Below, in pieces: positions 13,681 through 26,817 of a stretch of 64,000 nt of DNA. The notes under the pieces were generated by a model, which saw only the letters and a program-made list of their open reading frames with translations, ran no database searches and was not told the origin of the DNA. Position 1 is the stretch's first letter. Each line of letters starts with the position of its first letter. The position numbers and the translations under genes were made by a program. Source of the stretch: Octopus sinensis. Taxonomy: Eukaryota. The stretch lies in NCBI RefSeq assembly GCF_006345805.1, contig NC_043006.1, forward strand, positions 31,372,001 to 31,436,000, written 5' to 3'.

Positions 13681-13681
13681 T

Positions 13682-13763
<82 letters not shown>

Positions 13764-13827
13764 ATAGAAATGGCAAGACAACAAAAGAATGAAAGAGACC
13801 TCGATATTATGTAAATAGAGGAATTTA

Positions 13828-14061
13828 TCTGTAAATATATGTGACAATTATTCGGTAGCCACGATAAAACTCCGAGTTTCGGATGTCGGGGTGGAAATCC
13901 ACGCCGGCATCTCTTCAGTTATCGGGCCATTGAAAAACATGCATTTTTTTCGATGACCCGATTACTGAAGAGATGGCGGTGTGGGTTTCCGCCCTGACAA
14001 CCGGAACTCGGAGTTTTATCATGGCTACCGAATAATTGTCACATATTATATTACAGATATA
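13828..14061. repeat. ~230-bp head-to-head palindrome centred at ~13940
   Basis: tatgtgacaattattcggtagcc...tgaaaaa is mirrored by tttttcg...ggctaccgaataattgtcacata. Confidence 0.95.
13862..13924 (-). ncRNA. Type I hammerhead ribozyme candidate (left arm of the palindrome)
   Basis: CGATAA-CTGAAGA-[14-bp imperfect stem II]-C-GAAAC-T-CGG-AGT-T-TTATCG. Confidence 0.65.
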
Positions 14062-14801
14062 TATATTAACAAATATATATATATAATCAAAATAACCAAC
14101 TAGGATATCCAGATGTAATGCAGTACGATCGTTTCATGCGTCTCCATTTAATTGAACAATGCAAGTATTACATCAGTTTTAAAATGTAGAGCAATCTTCA
14201 GTTGCATAAAAATATAGAATTTAAATTCAAAAGATTCATTTTTATAGTTATTCCATTAACCAAAATTACAAAGAGGGTAAGTAGGTAGAAAAAGAACAAT
14301 TTTCATCAACAATATCAAAGTAGTAACTGATATTTTTTCACAGGAAGATACTGCTTATCATTGATTTTACTTTGTTATTTAGATTTACTACTGGGGGAGG
14401 GACTTTAAATTTATAGATTAGTTTATCAAGTCTAATGGAAAACAAGAATCTATCTTTTATGGATAGAGAAAAAGACAGTTTAAGTGGCACAGCCATAAAT
14501 CAAGATCCCTTTGAAGTAGAAACCATTTGGGTCCAGTACGAATATATTTCAGCGAAAATTAGCAGGCTAAAGCTGATGGGGTAGGGAGAGTAAAACTTAT
14601 AATACTTAACTATTTGACAGCCATAATCCCAATGATAATTTGAAATAGGTACATTTTAGAGAATTTTTCAAAGAATCAGAATAATTTCAGTATTTTACAC
14701 AATATAGGGATGGAGAATATAGAAATAATTTCATATTTATATAAGTTTCTATACCAATTTAATATATAAATTCATAGTTAATAAGTAAATAGTAATTTAT
14801 T

Positions 14802-15080
14802 GGTCGATATAAACGACTTAATCCGTTTGTCTGTCCTTGTTTGTCCCCTCTGTGTGTAGCCCCTTGTGGGCAGTAAAGAAATACGAATCGTTATCACACT
14901 GGGCAAAATGCTTGCCGACATTTTGTCCGTCTTCATGTTCTGAGTTCAAATGCCACCAGGATCGACTTTACCTTTTGGGATCGATAAAATAAGTACCAGT
15001 TGAGCTCTAGGGGTCGATGTGTTCGATTTAGTCCCTTCCTCGAAACTGCTGGCCTTGTGCCAAATTTTGAAATCAGTATT
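14802..15080 (+). mobile_element. SINE family B: Tx1-like tail followed by a SINE B body
   Basis: cgacttaatccgtttgtc...agccccttgtgggcagtaaagaaata then cgaatcgttatcac...ggccttgtgccaaattttgaaa. Confidence 0.85.
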
Positions 15081-15449
15081 AAGATGACGATGATACTGAC
15101 GGGGAGGGAGAAGGAGGAGGATGGTAATGGTGACGATGGTGGTGATGATGATGATGATTTTGTAGTTGTTTAATTCCTACTCAACCATGGCCCACTCGAC
15201 TTACGCTGGAAACCTCACCAGTCTCCATGCTTCCTAGTTTCTCAGACACAGCGTCGTTAGGAAGACATTTTCCAATGTACAGTTTGTTTTTAATAGGCTA
15301 AAAGAGGGAGATTTAGCTACTATTTTCTTTCGCAGGTAGAGTGACGATGAGGAAAATACCGTGTTGGATCTTATATGACAATGACAAAGAAGAGGAGGAT
15401 GAGGTTTCAAAGTAATATTTTCAATACATTATTATTTAAGAATGCAAGC

Positions 15450-15552
15450 ACCACCACCACCACAAGAAGAAGAAGAAGAAGAAGAAGAAGAAGAAGAAGA
15501 ACAACAACAACAACAACAACAACAACAGCAGCAGCAGCAGCAGCAACAACAA
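15450..15552. repeat. Compound trinucleotide tract (ACC)n(AGA)n(ACA)n(GCA)n
   Basis: Direct. Confidence 0.95.
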
Positions 15553-15720
15553 CGAGGTTATGATGAGAAATTCACTTCCGTATCTGAGAACATTTTAGCA
15601 AGTTGCTTATCAGAGTGAGTTATGGAATTTAGAATTTGAACAGTAATTAAGGAGTGGCACTAATCACACACACATGTAGGAACTACACATACACACACAC
15701 ACACATACTCACAGGTAAAC

Positions 15721-15780
<60 letters not shown>

Positions 15781-16068
15781 CGTTATTAATCCAAACAAGT
15801 GGAGGAATACAAAAAAATGAAGTTGAAAATGCACAGAGAGTACATTAGAATTAATTAGAATTTAATTATATATTTATATATATACACACACATACATGTA
15901 CACACACTTTCGAGTTTGTTGCTAGTTATGAACGTTGGGATAGAATCGACATCAACCCGCGGTGGTGTATTCGTACCAAACATCGACTTCCTCTAATATT
16001 TCATATATTTTCCGTGTGACTTGCTGGATTCTGTTTTCAAAGCTTCTTTCATTATCTCTCCTTCCGTC

Positions 16069-16645
16069 AAGCGGCGAGCTGGCAGAATCGTTAGCACGCC
16101 AAGCGAGATGCTTAGCGGTATGTCGTCTGCCGTTAAGTTCTGAGTTCAAATTCCGCCGAGGTCGACTTTGCCTCTCATCCTTTCGGGGTTGATAAATTAA
16201 GTACCACTTAATCTGTTTGTCTGTCCTTGTTTGCCCTCTCTGTATTTAGCCCCTTGTGGGTAGTAAAGAAATAGGTATTTCGTCTGCCGCTACGTTCTGA
16301 GTTCATATTCCGCCAAGATCGACTTTGCCTTTCATCCTTTCAGGGTCGATTAAATAAGTACCAGTAACTCACTGGGGTCGATGTAATCGACTTAATCCAT
16401 GTGTCTGTCCTTGTTTGTCCCCTCTATGTTTAGCCCCTTGTGGGCAATAAAGAAATAAGAATCGTTAGCACGCCGGGCGAAATGCATAGCGATGTTTCGA
16501 CTGCCGTTACGTCCTGAGTTCAAATTCCGCCGAGGTCGACTTTGCCTTTCATTCTTTCGAGGTCGATAAATTAAGTACTAGTCAAGTACTGGAGTCGATG
16601 TGATTCCATCCACTCAAATTCAAGGCCTTGTGCTTATAGTAGAAA
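16069..16645 (+). mobile_element. Nested array of three SINE family B copies, two with a Tx1-like tail
   Basis: gcggcgagctggcagaatcgttagcacgcc head; tails end aaagaaata at 16271 and 16450. Confidence 0.9.
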
Positions 16646-16769
16646 GGATTCTCTCTCTCTCTCTCTCGTTCGGTTACGCAGACATCTATCCTTCGCGGTG
16701 TGATTAAGTATTTCATCAAATAAACAGTTTGAGAACTAGCTTTATCTGTACAGATAAAAATAATTAGAG

Positions 16770-17500
16770 TTTATTTAAACGTAAAATTATGGCGGAAGAG
16801 CCGGGGTATTTGTGGACTGGTAGTTTTAAACCAGGCCTTCCTAGCAGAGCCAGCGTTGATGACGAACGATGATTGGATGTGAGGTGCTGTTTGGATGGGG
16901 GACATTTATTGTTAGAGTCCGGATTCCAATTTTGGTCGGTATATTGGGTCAAACTAACGGAAGAACTAGAGAGAATTCAAAAAATATTGCATGAATATAA
17001 AAGATGAACCGGTGGGAGTCTGAAAAAACTGAGTCTCAGCATCCTTCGGGGAAAACGAGAAAGATACGAAAGATAAGCTGTAATGAATATGAGGAAAATC
17101 TTTGAGGGTCTGGCACGAAATTTGGGATTGGAATCCACACAAGTCCAAGAAGTGCAAGCCATTGCTGATTATCAACGTTTCCACCATTTACAGTGAGGAT
17201 CCGATACCGTAGCAGCTTAGTTTTCAAAGACCAACATCACTTCAATACATTGCTCTGCATAGAATATTAGTCGATGCTTTTAAAACACACATGAACATAT
17301 TTCTGTCTGTCATCCCAGACGATCTTATGTTACAGTAAGAATTCAGAATGGCCTGCCGATAATAACACGTTTTCTTCCAGCTCGTTGAATATTTTCTATC
17401 AGATATTTGATGAAAAGAATATTACCCGAAATACTACAGGACAGTTAAATTATATAGGGTCCTACAATCTCTTCTATTTGTCTACACTTATTGGCATCAC
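16770..17500 (-). mobile_element. Highly degenerate CR1/L2-like LINE ORF2 3' fragment
   Basis: Minus-strand peptides LGLVWIP and LSYLSRFPRRMLRLSFFRL resemble the VWSP...LSYxxRL..L region; many stops. Confidence 0.5.
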
Positions 17501-17659
17501 AATATACACTGCGTAACCTCTCAAAATATTTTGCCTAAAGGATTTCTTGAAAATATTAGCATCATTTGCACATTGTTATATTTCAAGCAAATTACACACA
17601 CACACACATACATACATACATACATATACATATATACATATATACATATATATACATAT

Positions 17660-17692
<33 letters not shown>

Positions 17693-17730
17693 CATATATA
17701 TACACATACATAGACATACATACATACATA

Positions 17731-17775
<45 letters not shown>

Positions 17776-17787
<12 letters not shown>

Positions 17788-18036
17788 CATCATCATCATT
17801 TAGCGTCCGCTTTCCATGCTAGCATGGCTTGGACGGTTCTACTGGGGTCTGGGAAGCCAGAAGGCTGCACCAGGCCCAGTCTGATCTGGCAATGTTTCTA
17901 CGGATGGATGCCCTTCCTAACGCCAACCACATCGTGAGTGTAGTGGGTGCTTTTTACGTGCCACCGGCACGGAGGCCCGTCGGGGCGGCGCTGGCAACGG
18001 TCACGTTCGGATGGTTCGCTTACGTGCCACCGGTAC
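17776..18036 (-). mobile_element. SINE with (ATG)n tail
   Basis: catcatcatttagcgtccgctttccatgctagcatgg...ggatgcccttcctaacgccaacc; shorter copies at ~19765, ~51600 and ~54000. Confidence 0.7.
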
Positions 18037-19863
18037 TGGTAATATACATATATATACATGCATACATACATACACACACATATATAATGGGTTTAATATT
18101 AAATTATATAGAAATATGTCATTCAATTACGGTAATAGTTGAATAATATACTTGAGGCCGCAATTTACTCACATGCAGCATCTTTCAGGGCTTGTCGCTA
18201 ATTTAGTTCTTAACCAAATTGAAAACCATTAACATTTTTGAAAAGGACTGCTGCATTTTTGGCATAAAAAAAAAGAAATGAAATTTCGTCCAGTAGAAAA
18301 ATTTTACACCAAAATTTGTAGTAGCGTTATAGGAGAGTAAATAACGCCACCAATCAAGTTTAGATCTAAAAATACTTTTTTTTATTTTAAAAGCAAAATA
18401 AATTTATCTTAGTTTCAATGATAGAAGAAAGTGTGGGGAATTTCATAGTTTTGTTCCTATGCAACAAAAATGTCTATCAGAAAAGTTGTGAGGTAAAATA
18501 TGAAAAAAACATAAGGCCAAAAATTGGATTTAAGTATAATTAACTTTTTTTAGTTTAAAAACAAACTATTTTAATTAGGCTTAAATGATAGAGCTCAGTT
18601 CGAGGAATTTCATGGTATTAATCTCATGCAATGAAGTTTTAAAAGAAAAAAGTTAATTTGAGGGTGATAATATAGTTCTATACTTTTTCATGAATATAGT
18701 TCTAAGGGATTTTGGTATATGTCACAGGCATTGTTGAGGTAAGGAAAAAATTATCAACGTCACTGCTAAATGACATATTTGACACATCATTAATTAGCAT
18801 AATAGCATAGCCTGGAAAAAAACATGGATTACATGGAAAAATACGAGCCAGAGAAATAATATTCTTAAGATTATAAACCTGGAAAAGTACAGGACAAGTT
18901 ATTACAACTGGTAAAGTACAGATGTAATAACTTGTATATATGTATGTAATGTAATCATCATCATCATCGTCATATATTATGTAATGTATGTATGCATGTA
19001 AGTAGGTGTTAGATATGACAGCAAATGACATCCGGTGGTGAGGCCCCAGTTTGGGATTTCTGGAGTTGTAGGGAACGTAGAGTCACCTCTTAATTAACAT
19101 GACATCCAAGTCCATTCTGTCCGGAACGGTGGCACCTGTCAGGATCCCATCTATGAATTAAAGAGATTTTCCAGGGACAGAGGAAGCTCTCGATATCTTT
19201 GACAAACCCGTGAGGAAGGCAGCTCTTCAAGGAGAAAGATATTCTGATGAAGACATTGCCAGTCCAAATGCATCTTAGAGCCATGCTTGTCATTGGAACT
19301 GGCTCTGGTCACCGAAAGAGGGACAAAAGGTTGTACAAACTGTTGTCACTTAAACCCAGCGACGTACAGATGTCTTGCTATCATTTCATTTCTTGATCCG
19401 TTTTGTATTTTGTAAAGTCCCATAGCGATGGGTGCGTAATGATCGGCGCACATGCAAGAATGAAGGTAAATCAGAACAACCAGGCTGCATGTGAAACGGC
19501 TGTCATCTGACAAGAAGAGACAAACACAAATCATGTATGTGTATATGTATGTATGTATGTAGGCATGTATGTTTGTGTGTGTGTGTGTATGTATGAGGTT
19601 ATTTTAATATATCAAGAGTTTATGTTGTATATTTTATAGACCTATATTTGTCAATTATCGTTCATATACATTGTACGTGTGTATTTATGTGTGCACGTTC
19701 ACACAAACACACGCATACACACACAGGTACATACATACATACATACATATATATCATCATAATCATCATTTAACGTCTGTTGTCCATGCTGGCATGGGTT
19801 GGACAGTTTGACCAGGGCTGGCAAGCCGGAAGGCTGTACCAGACTCCAGCCTGATTATGTGTG

Positions 19864-19911
<48 letters not shown>

Positions 19912-19915
<4 letters not shown>

Positions 19916-20080
19916 GCGCAGGAGTGGCTAAGTGGTAAGTAGCTTGCTTACCAACCACATGGTTCCGGGTTCAGTCCCACTGCGTGGCATCTTGGGCAAG
20001 TGCCTTCTACTATAACCTTGGGCCGACTAAATCCTTGTGGGTGGATTTGGTAGACGGAAACTGAAAGAAGCCCGTCGTAC
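19912..20080 (+). mobile_element. SINE family A 5' half
   Basis: ataggcgcaggagtggc...ggttccgggttcagtcccactgcgtggc...gaagcccgtcg. Confidence 0.9.
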
Positions 20081-20144
20081 ATATATATAAATGTATGTGT
20101 GTATGTATGTATGTATGTATGTATGTATGTATGTATGTATGTGT

Positions 20145-21093
20145 GTGTGATTTAAAAAGCACGCATTCAGTCCTATTACGTAGCAGTTTGGGTAAATGTC
20201 TTTTATAATAGCTTCGGGCCGACCAATGTCATGCGAAAAGATTTCGTAGACAGAAACTGCGTGGTAGCCTTTCGTATATACAAGTGTATGCGTATGTGCG
20301 CGGCTTTATGTTTGTGCTAGTCCTACCACCACTACTGGGATTGGTTTGCTAACATCTCGTAACTTAGCGGTTCGGCAAAAGACACCCAATCGAATAAATA
20401 CCCTTTAAGATTGTGCTCCAGCATAGTCGTAGTCCAGTGACTGAAAGAAATAAAGCATTAAAAATCTCATTATTTTTTTTCTTCACCTCTGGTCTAAACT
20501 ACAATACCTGATATATTCGTTTTGAGTTAGATTTTACTGCTATTTTCAGCAAGTCGTAAAGGCTGGTTGTGAGCTATTATAGGTTTCTTTATTTTTTAGA
20601 TAGATTTGTGAGCTATTATAATAATGCTGTTGTTGCTGTTGCTGTTGAGCGAAGCGGTCTTCGTCCCAGAGCTCGCAAGATGGGAGAAGTCCGAAACGTG
20701 GTCCTTTGCTATTCGTAAGACCCGCAGAAGAGGAAGCAGGTCAACCCCCGACACCGAGAGCATCGACGGATGAATGAATGCGCATCCAGGCTCAGCGGTT
20801 GCGTAGGAAGTCGGGGTCAATAAACAGGAAGAAAGAGTGAGAGAAAGTTGGGGCGAAAGAGTACAATAGGGGTCGCCGCCACCCCTGCCGGAGCCTCGAG
20901 GAGCTTTAGGTGCTTTTGCTCAATAAACACACACAACGCCCAATCTGGGAATCGAAACCGCGATCCTCCGACCGCGAGTCCGCTACCCTAACCACTGGGC
21001 CATTGCGCCTCAACTGTTGTTGCTGTTGTTGTTGGTGGTGGTGATAGTAATGTTGTTGGATAAACTATGGTGTTTCAGTTACGATAAACGATA
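20145..21093 (+). repeat. ~950-bp local duplication, copy 1
   Basis: Nearly identical to 23611-24559. Confidence 0.95.
20648..21011 (-). mobile_element. tRNA-headed SINE family C with (CAG/CAA)n tail
   Basis: Minus head gaggcgcaatggcccagtggttaggg...ggtttcgattccc (A and B boxes). Confidence 0.85.
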
Positions 21094-21599
21094 GTTGTAC
21101 AATGAATGACATCTGGTGGTGACAAGTGAAAATTCATATGAGAGGGGGAGAGAGGGAGAGAGAGAGTGTGTGTATGTGTATGTGAGATAGAGAGATATAG
21201 AGACTATCGTAGCCAATGAAGTGATTCCGTATCCAGCAGCAAGGAAGCTGTATAATTTTATCTATAATGTTTCTGTTTTTTTTTTTTTTTAATCTTCGCT
21301 CTGATGTTGCTGTTAGCAAAGAAAAGGAACAGAAAGAAAAAGAAAAAGAAAGAAAAGGAAAGGAGAGAGCGAGAGATTTGATGATAATAAAATGAGAAGG
21401 AGAAGAGAGAAAGAGGGTGAGAGAGAGAGTGATAAGAATGGGGTAAAAAACGAAAGTCATAAATTGGTTTCGGTTATGAATGATATATCGACAACGTGTG
21501 TGTGGTGAGTGGTGGGCGGGGTAGCATATTGACGGACCACCCTAAAGGGTTTCATCGAACAAGTCGACCCCACTAGTTATTTTATCGGTTTCATTTGCC

Positions 21600-21740
21600 A
21601 AACCGCAAGAAAACATTGGTTGCCAAGCGGTTTTGCAAGACAAACATAACACACACACACGGGCTTTCCCGCCGTGGGACTGAACCCAAGACCACGTGGT
21701 ACGGGAGCCATTTCTTAACTACACAGCCACGCCTATGCCT
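21600..21740 (-). mobile_element. SINE family A, internally deleted
   Basis: Head and partial tail in reverse. Confidence 0.65.
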
Positions 21741-21764
21741 ATGTGTGCGCTCGCGCGCGTATGC

Positions 21765-22088
21765 ACGCATATGAACTGGTCCTCCGTCGGTTACGATGAC
21801 GAATGTTTCAGTTGATCCAATCAACGGAACACCCTGCTCGTCAAATTAAGGTGCAAGTGGCTGAGCACTCCACAGACACATGTACCCTTAACGTAGTTCT
21901 CATAGGGATTCAGCGCGACAAGGCTGGCCCTTTGAATTAGAGGTATTACATATTTTTGCCAGCCGAGTGGACTGGAGCAATGAGAAGTAGGGCGTCTTGC
22001 TCAAGGACACAATTCGGGGCTGGGTGTCGAACTCAGAACCTTACGATCGTGAGCCGACTAGCGTAACCATTAAGCCACCCGCCTTCAC
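21765..22088 (-). mobile_element. tRNA-headed CORE-like SINE (family D)
   Basis: Minus strand cttgagcaagacg...ttgctccagtccactcggctggcaaaaat; body shared with 46040-46209. Confidence 0.75.
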
Positions 22089-22120
22089 AAGCACGAATAT
22101 ACGTAAGGGAGCAAAATGAG

Positions 22121-22183
22121 TGGAATAACAGAATAAGAGGAATAACAGAATAAGAGGAATAACAGAATAGAGAGGAATAACAG
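22121..22183. repeat. 17-bp minisatellite (ggaataacagaataaga) x3-4
   Basis: Direct. Confidence 0.85.
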
Positions 22184-22884
22184 TGTGAATGGATCAGAAG
22201 AGGAATAAGTTTTAAAGTCTGAGAGAAGGAAGGAAGAAAAAAACTAAAGGCTGGAAAGAAACTAAGAGATAAAGAGAGGTATGGAGATAGACTGATAGAT
22301 AACTAGAGAGGGAGAGGTAGAAAGAGAGAGAGTGAGAGAGAGAGGAAAAGTGAGGAGAGAGATGTGGAAAGGGAGGCGGATGAAAAACCACAAGTATGTT
22401 TGTACATGGTATCAACCAGAGTTCTATGAGAAGGTAATGGTGGGAGGTGATGGAATACTGATGGGGGGGGGGTGTAACAGTTCTGTCTCTTTCAATATCT
22501 TTTTTTTACATTTCTTTCAGTCATTAGACTGCGGCCATGCTGGGGTACCGCCTTCAAGAATTTTTAGTCGAATGAATATCGATACCAGTACTTGCTCTAT
22601 CGCGCCTTTTTGTCGAACCGTTATATAACAGGGACGTAAATAAACCAGCACCGGTTGTCAAACGGTGTGGGGTGCAAACACACACACACACGTACACGTA
22701 CACACGCACACACATTGTCTGGATATCATTTGAAAAAAATGTTGGTTTCTATCTTTATCAGGCCGAGTGAACTCATAGCGGTCACTGTAGTTGTCTATAC
22801 CGGTATGAAATGGTGCACGAGTTGCTTCCCTTGGCGCTAAAAGGCGGACCCCAGCATGGCCACAGTTTAACGGCCGAAAAAATT

Positions 22885-23088
22885 AATAATCCTTTCTACT
22901 ATAATCAGAAATTGGGGAGAGGTGGGGATTAGTCGATCACATCTACCCCAGAACGCAACTGGTACTTACTTTATCCACCTCCGAAAAGATAAAAAGGCAA
23001 AGACGAAATCGGCGGAATTTGATCTCAGAACGTAAAAACAGACAAAATACTGTTAAGCGTGCTAACAAGTCTGCCAGCTCGCCGCCTT
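22885..23088 (-). mobile_element. SINE family B
   Basis: Ends ctgccagctcgccgcc; internal ggtacttactttatc and ggcggaatttga. Confidence 0.8.
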
Positions 23089-23114
23089 AAAATTAATGAA
23101 AATAATAAAAGAAT

Positions 23115-23610
23115 TGTGTATGCATGCATGCATGCATGTATGTATGTATGTATGTATGTATGTATGTATGTATGTATGTATGTATGTATGTATGTATGTA
23201 TGTATATATGTATGTATGCATGTATGTATGTATGTATGTATGTATATATGTATGCATGCATGTATGTATGCATGTATGTATGTATGTATGTATGTATGTA
23301 GTTGTAGTATGTATGTATTATGTATGTATGTATGTATGTATGTATGTATTATGTTTATTATGTATGTATGTATGTATGTATGTATGGTATGTATGTATGT
23401 ATGTATGTATGTATGTATGTAGTATGTAGGTATGTATGTATGTATGTAGGTATGTATTATGTATGTATGTATGTATGTATGTATGTATGTATGTATGCAT
23501 GCATGTATGTATGCATGCATGCATGTATGTATGTATGTATTATAGTATATGGGTATGTATGCATGTATGTATGTATGTATGTATGTATGTATGTATATGT
23601 ATGTATGTAT
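23115..23610. repeat. (ATGT)n microsatellite
   Basis: Direct; source of MYVC/HTYI ORFs. Confidence 0.98.
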
Positions 23611-24556
23611 GTGTGATTTAAAAAGCACGCATTCAGTCCTATTACGTAGCATTTGGGTAAATGTCTTTTATAATAGCTTCGGGCCGACCAATGTCATGCG
23701 AAAAGATTTCGTAGACAGAAACTGCGTGGAAGCCTTTCGTATATACAAGTGTATGCGTATGTGCGCGGCTTTATGTTTGTGCTAGTCCTACCACCACTAC
23801 TGGGATTGGTTTGCTAACATCTCGTAACTTAGCGGTTCGGCAAAAGACACCCAATCGAATAAATACCCTTTAAGATTGTGCTCCAGCATAGTCGTAGTCC
23901 AGTGACTGAAAGAAATAAAGCATTAAAAATCTCATTATTTTTTTCTTCACCTCTGGTCTAAACATACAATACCTGATATATTCGTTTTGAGTTAGATTTT
24001 ACTGCTATTTTCAGCAAGTCGTAAAGGCTGGTTGTGAGCTATTATGGGTTCTTTATTTTTTAGGTAGATTTGTGAGCTATTATAATAATGCTGTTGTTGC
24101 TGTTGCTGTTGCTGTTGAGCGAAGCGGTCTTCGTCCAGAGCTCACAAGATGGGAGAGTCCGAAACGTGGTCCTTTGCTATTCGTAAGACCCGCAGAAGAG
24201 GAAGCAGGTCAACCCCCGACACTGAGAGCATCGACGGATGAATGAATGCGCATCCAGGACAGCGGTTGCGTAGGAAGTCGGGGTCAATAAACAGGAAGAA
24301 AGAGTGAGAGAAAGTTGCGGCGAAAGAGTACAATAGGGGTCGCTGCCACCCCTGCCGGAGCCTCGAGGAGCTTTAGGTGCTTTTGCTCAATAAACACAAC
24401 AACGCCCAATCTGGGAATCGAAACCGCGATCCTCCGACCGCGAGTCCGCTGCCCTAACCACTGTGCCATTGCGCCTCAACTGTTGTTGCTGTTGTTGTTG
24501 GTGGTGGTGATAGTAATGTTGTTGGATAAACTATGGTGTTTCAGTTACGATAAACG

Positions 24557-24559
<3 letters not shown>
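23611..24559 (+). repeat. ~950-bp local duplication, copy 2 (includes SINE C at 24118-24477)
   Basis: Nearly identical to 20145-21093. Confidence 0.95.
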
Positions 24560-24587
<28 letters not shown>

Positions 24588-24885
24588 TGTATGTATGTAT
24601 GTATGTATGTATGCATGCATGTATGTATGTATGTATGTATGTATGTATGTATATATGTATGTATGCATGCATGTATGTATGTATGCATGCATGTATGTAT
24701 GTATGTATATATGTATGCATGTATGTATGTATGTATGTATGTATGTATATATGTATGTATGCATGTATGTATGTATGTATGTATGTATGTATGTATGTAT
24801 GTATGCATTTATGTACGTATGTATGTACGTATTATGCATGTATATATGTATGTACGTATTATGTATGTATGTATGTATGCATGTA
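24558..24885. repeat. (ATGT)n microsatellite
   Basis: Direct. Confidence 0.98.
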
Positions 24886-25261
24886 TCTATCTATCCTCTC
24901 TCTTCTCTCTCTCTCTGCACAAACACACACACTTCCTTCTCATAGCCGCAAGACCCTCTATTTTGTATGTATATTTACATAAGTACCAACTACCTGTGTC
25001 GTATTTATTTTCATGACCGTCCTTTACATTCGCTCATATATTCCCAGCAGCTTTTTTTTTCTTTTTTTTTTTTTTGCTGTTGTCCCCACCAAAAGGAACA
25101 AATCTTATCGTTAAAGACGCGAAACTGTTATGATTTTTAGAAGATAACTGATAAAGAAAGAACATGTCCGTGTCTTGGGTGTGACTTTTCCGTGTGGTCC
25201 TTTGTCATCCTTCTGTGCAATTTTAAAATCTTTATGTGTGTGTGTGTGTGTGTGTGTGAGG

Positions 25262-25395
<134 letters not shown>

Positions 25396-25503
25396 ACGCA
25401 TACATAGATGCAGGCCTTTATGACTGTACGGTTCAGAAGCTCGCTTTGCAACCCTGTGAGTGAATTTGGGAAATGGAAACTGTGCAGAAGTCCGTCACGT
25501 GTG

Positions 25504-25551
<48 letters not shown>

Positions 25552-25552
<1 letters not shown>

Positions 25553-25885
25553 TCTTTCACTTGCTTCAGTCATTTGATCGCGGCCATGCTGGAGCACTGC
25601 CTTCTAGTCGAACAAATCGACCCAAGGACTTATTCTTTGTAAGCCAAGTACTTATTCTATCGGTCTCTTTTGCCGAACCGCTAAGTTACGGGGACGGAGT
25701 CACACCACCATCGGTTGTCAAGGGATGTGAGTGAACAAACACAGACACACACAACCACACATATACGAGAAGCTTCTTTCAGTTTCCGTCTACCAAAATC
25801 CACCCATCTTGCCCAAGGTGCCACGCAGTGGAACTGAACCCGAAACCATATAGTTGGAAAGCAAGCTTCTTACCACACAGCCACG
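25552..25885 (-). mobile_element. SINE family A
   Basis: Reverse complement of the full head-to-tail consensus. Confidence 0.9.
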
Positions 25886-25892
25886 CTTTTGT

Positions 25893-25928
<36 letters not shown>

Positions 25929-26786
25929 TTACTCCTGCTTAACAACAGGCGTTGGTTTGTTTATGTTCGAGCGACTTAGCAGTTTCAGCAAAAGAGACCG
26001 ATAGAACAGGTACCAGAATTTGAAAATGATAGGCTCTGGGATCGATTTGTTTCAGTGACTTCAAGGCGTTGCTCCAGTATGACCACAATCCAATGACTGA
26101 AACGAGGAAAAGATAAAACACACACATACATAGTGTGACGCCGAACGAGTAGTAGCAGTAGCAGCAACAGCAACAGTAGTAGTGGACGCGGCAGCAGTCG
26201 CAGCTGGAGGTGGGGGAGGAGAAGCAGTAAGAGATGCTAAGGTAGTGGGAGATTCTAGCAGTCAAAATTATAATGGTGGCGATGGCGACAGTTGGCCGTA
26301 GTGGTCGTGGTGGTTCTCGCAGCGGTAATAGGGCAATATTTAGAGCGAGGGGGAAAGAGAGAGAGAGAGAGAGAGGAAGAGGTAGAGAGAGAGAGACGGA
26401 GGGGAAGAGAAAGAGAAAGCTCAATAGCTCTGTACTTTGTAGGAGTACTTTGTGTGTGCCTACACCCGTATTTCAAACACAGCCTCTTAGAGTTGTGTTC
26501 GTGTAGGGGTATTTATGAGACAAGAGGAGGGTGTGTGTACCCGACTTAGCTCTGCCTACTGTCTGTCTGTCCGCTCTCTTCTTTCATCCCTCCATCTCTT
26601 TCTCTCTCTCACTCTCTCTCTCTCCCCCCCCCTCTCTCTCTCTGTATTCGTCTATTTATCTCTGTATCTACCTCCGTGTGGCCGATAAAGGTACAGCCAC
26701 CTCTTTCAAGTACCAAGTGGTTCATTAGTTAAACTTTCATAGTCTTTATACATAAAAATACATTCCCTCGATACAGATACACACAC

Positions 26787-26817
<31 letters not shown>

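Noticed and set aside
15375-15563. Poly-T/R/A peptide ORF
   Set aside because: Compound trinucleotide tract with no coding context
19025-19200. Probable interspersed repeat fragment (ggtggtgaggccccagt...cccatctatg)
   Set aside because: Single diverged copy in the window; family cannot be supported from sequence alone
20920-21011. tRNA genes at SINE heads (also 45844, 59635)
   Set aside because: A/B boxes present but no complete cloverleaf; they continue into SINE bodies
22121-22183. CRISPR-like array
   Set aside because: Contiguous 17-bp minisatellite with no spacers; eukaryotic context
23062-24982. Long MYVC/HTYI-type ORFs (also at 44881-45842, 50347-50866, 56540-57005 and the IYLS ORFs)
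   Set aside because: Translations of stop-free microsatellites; not genes
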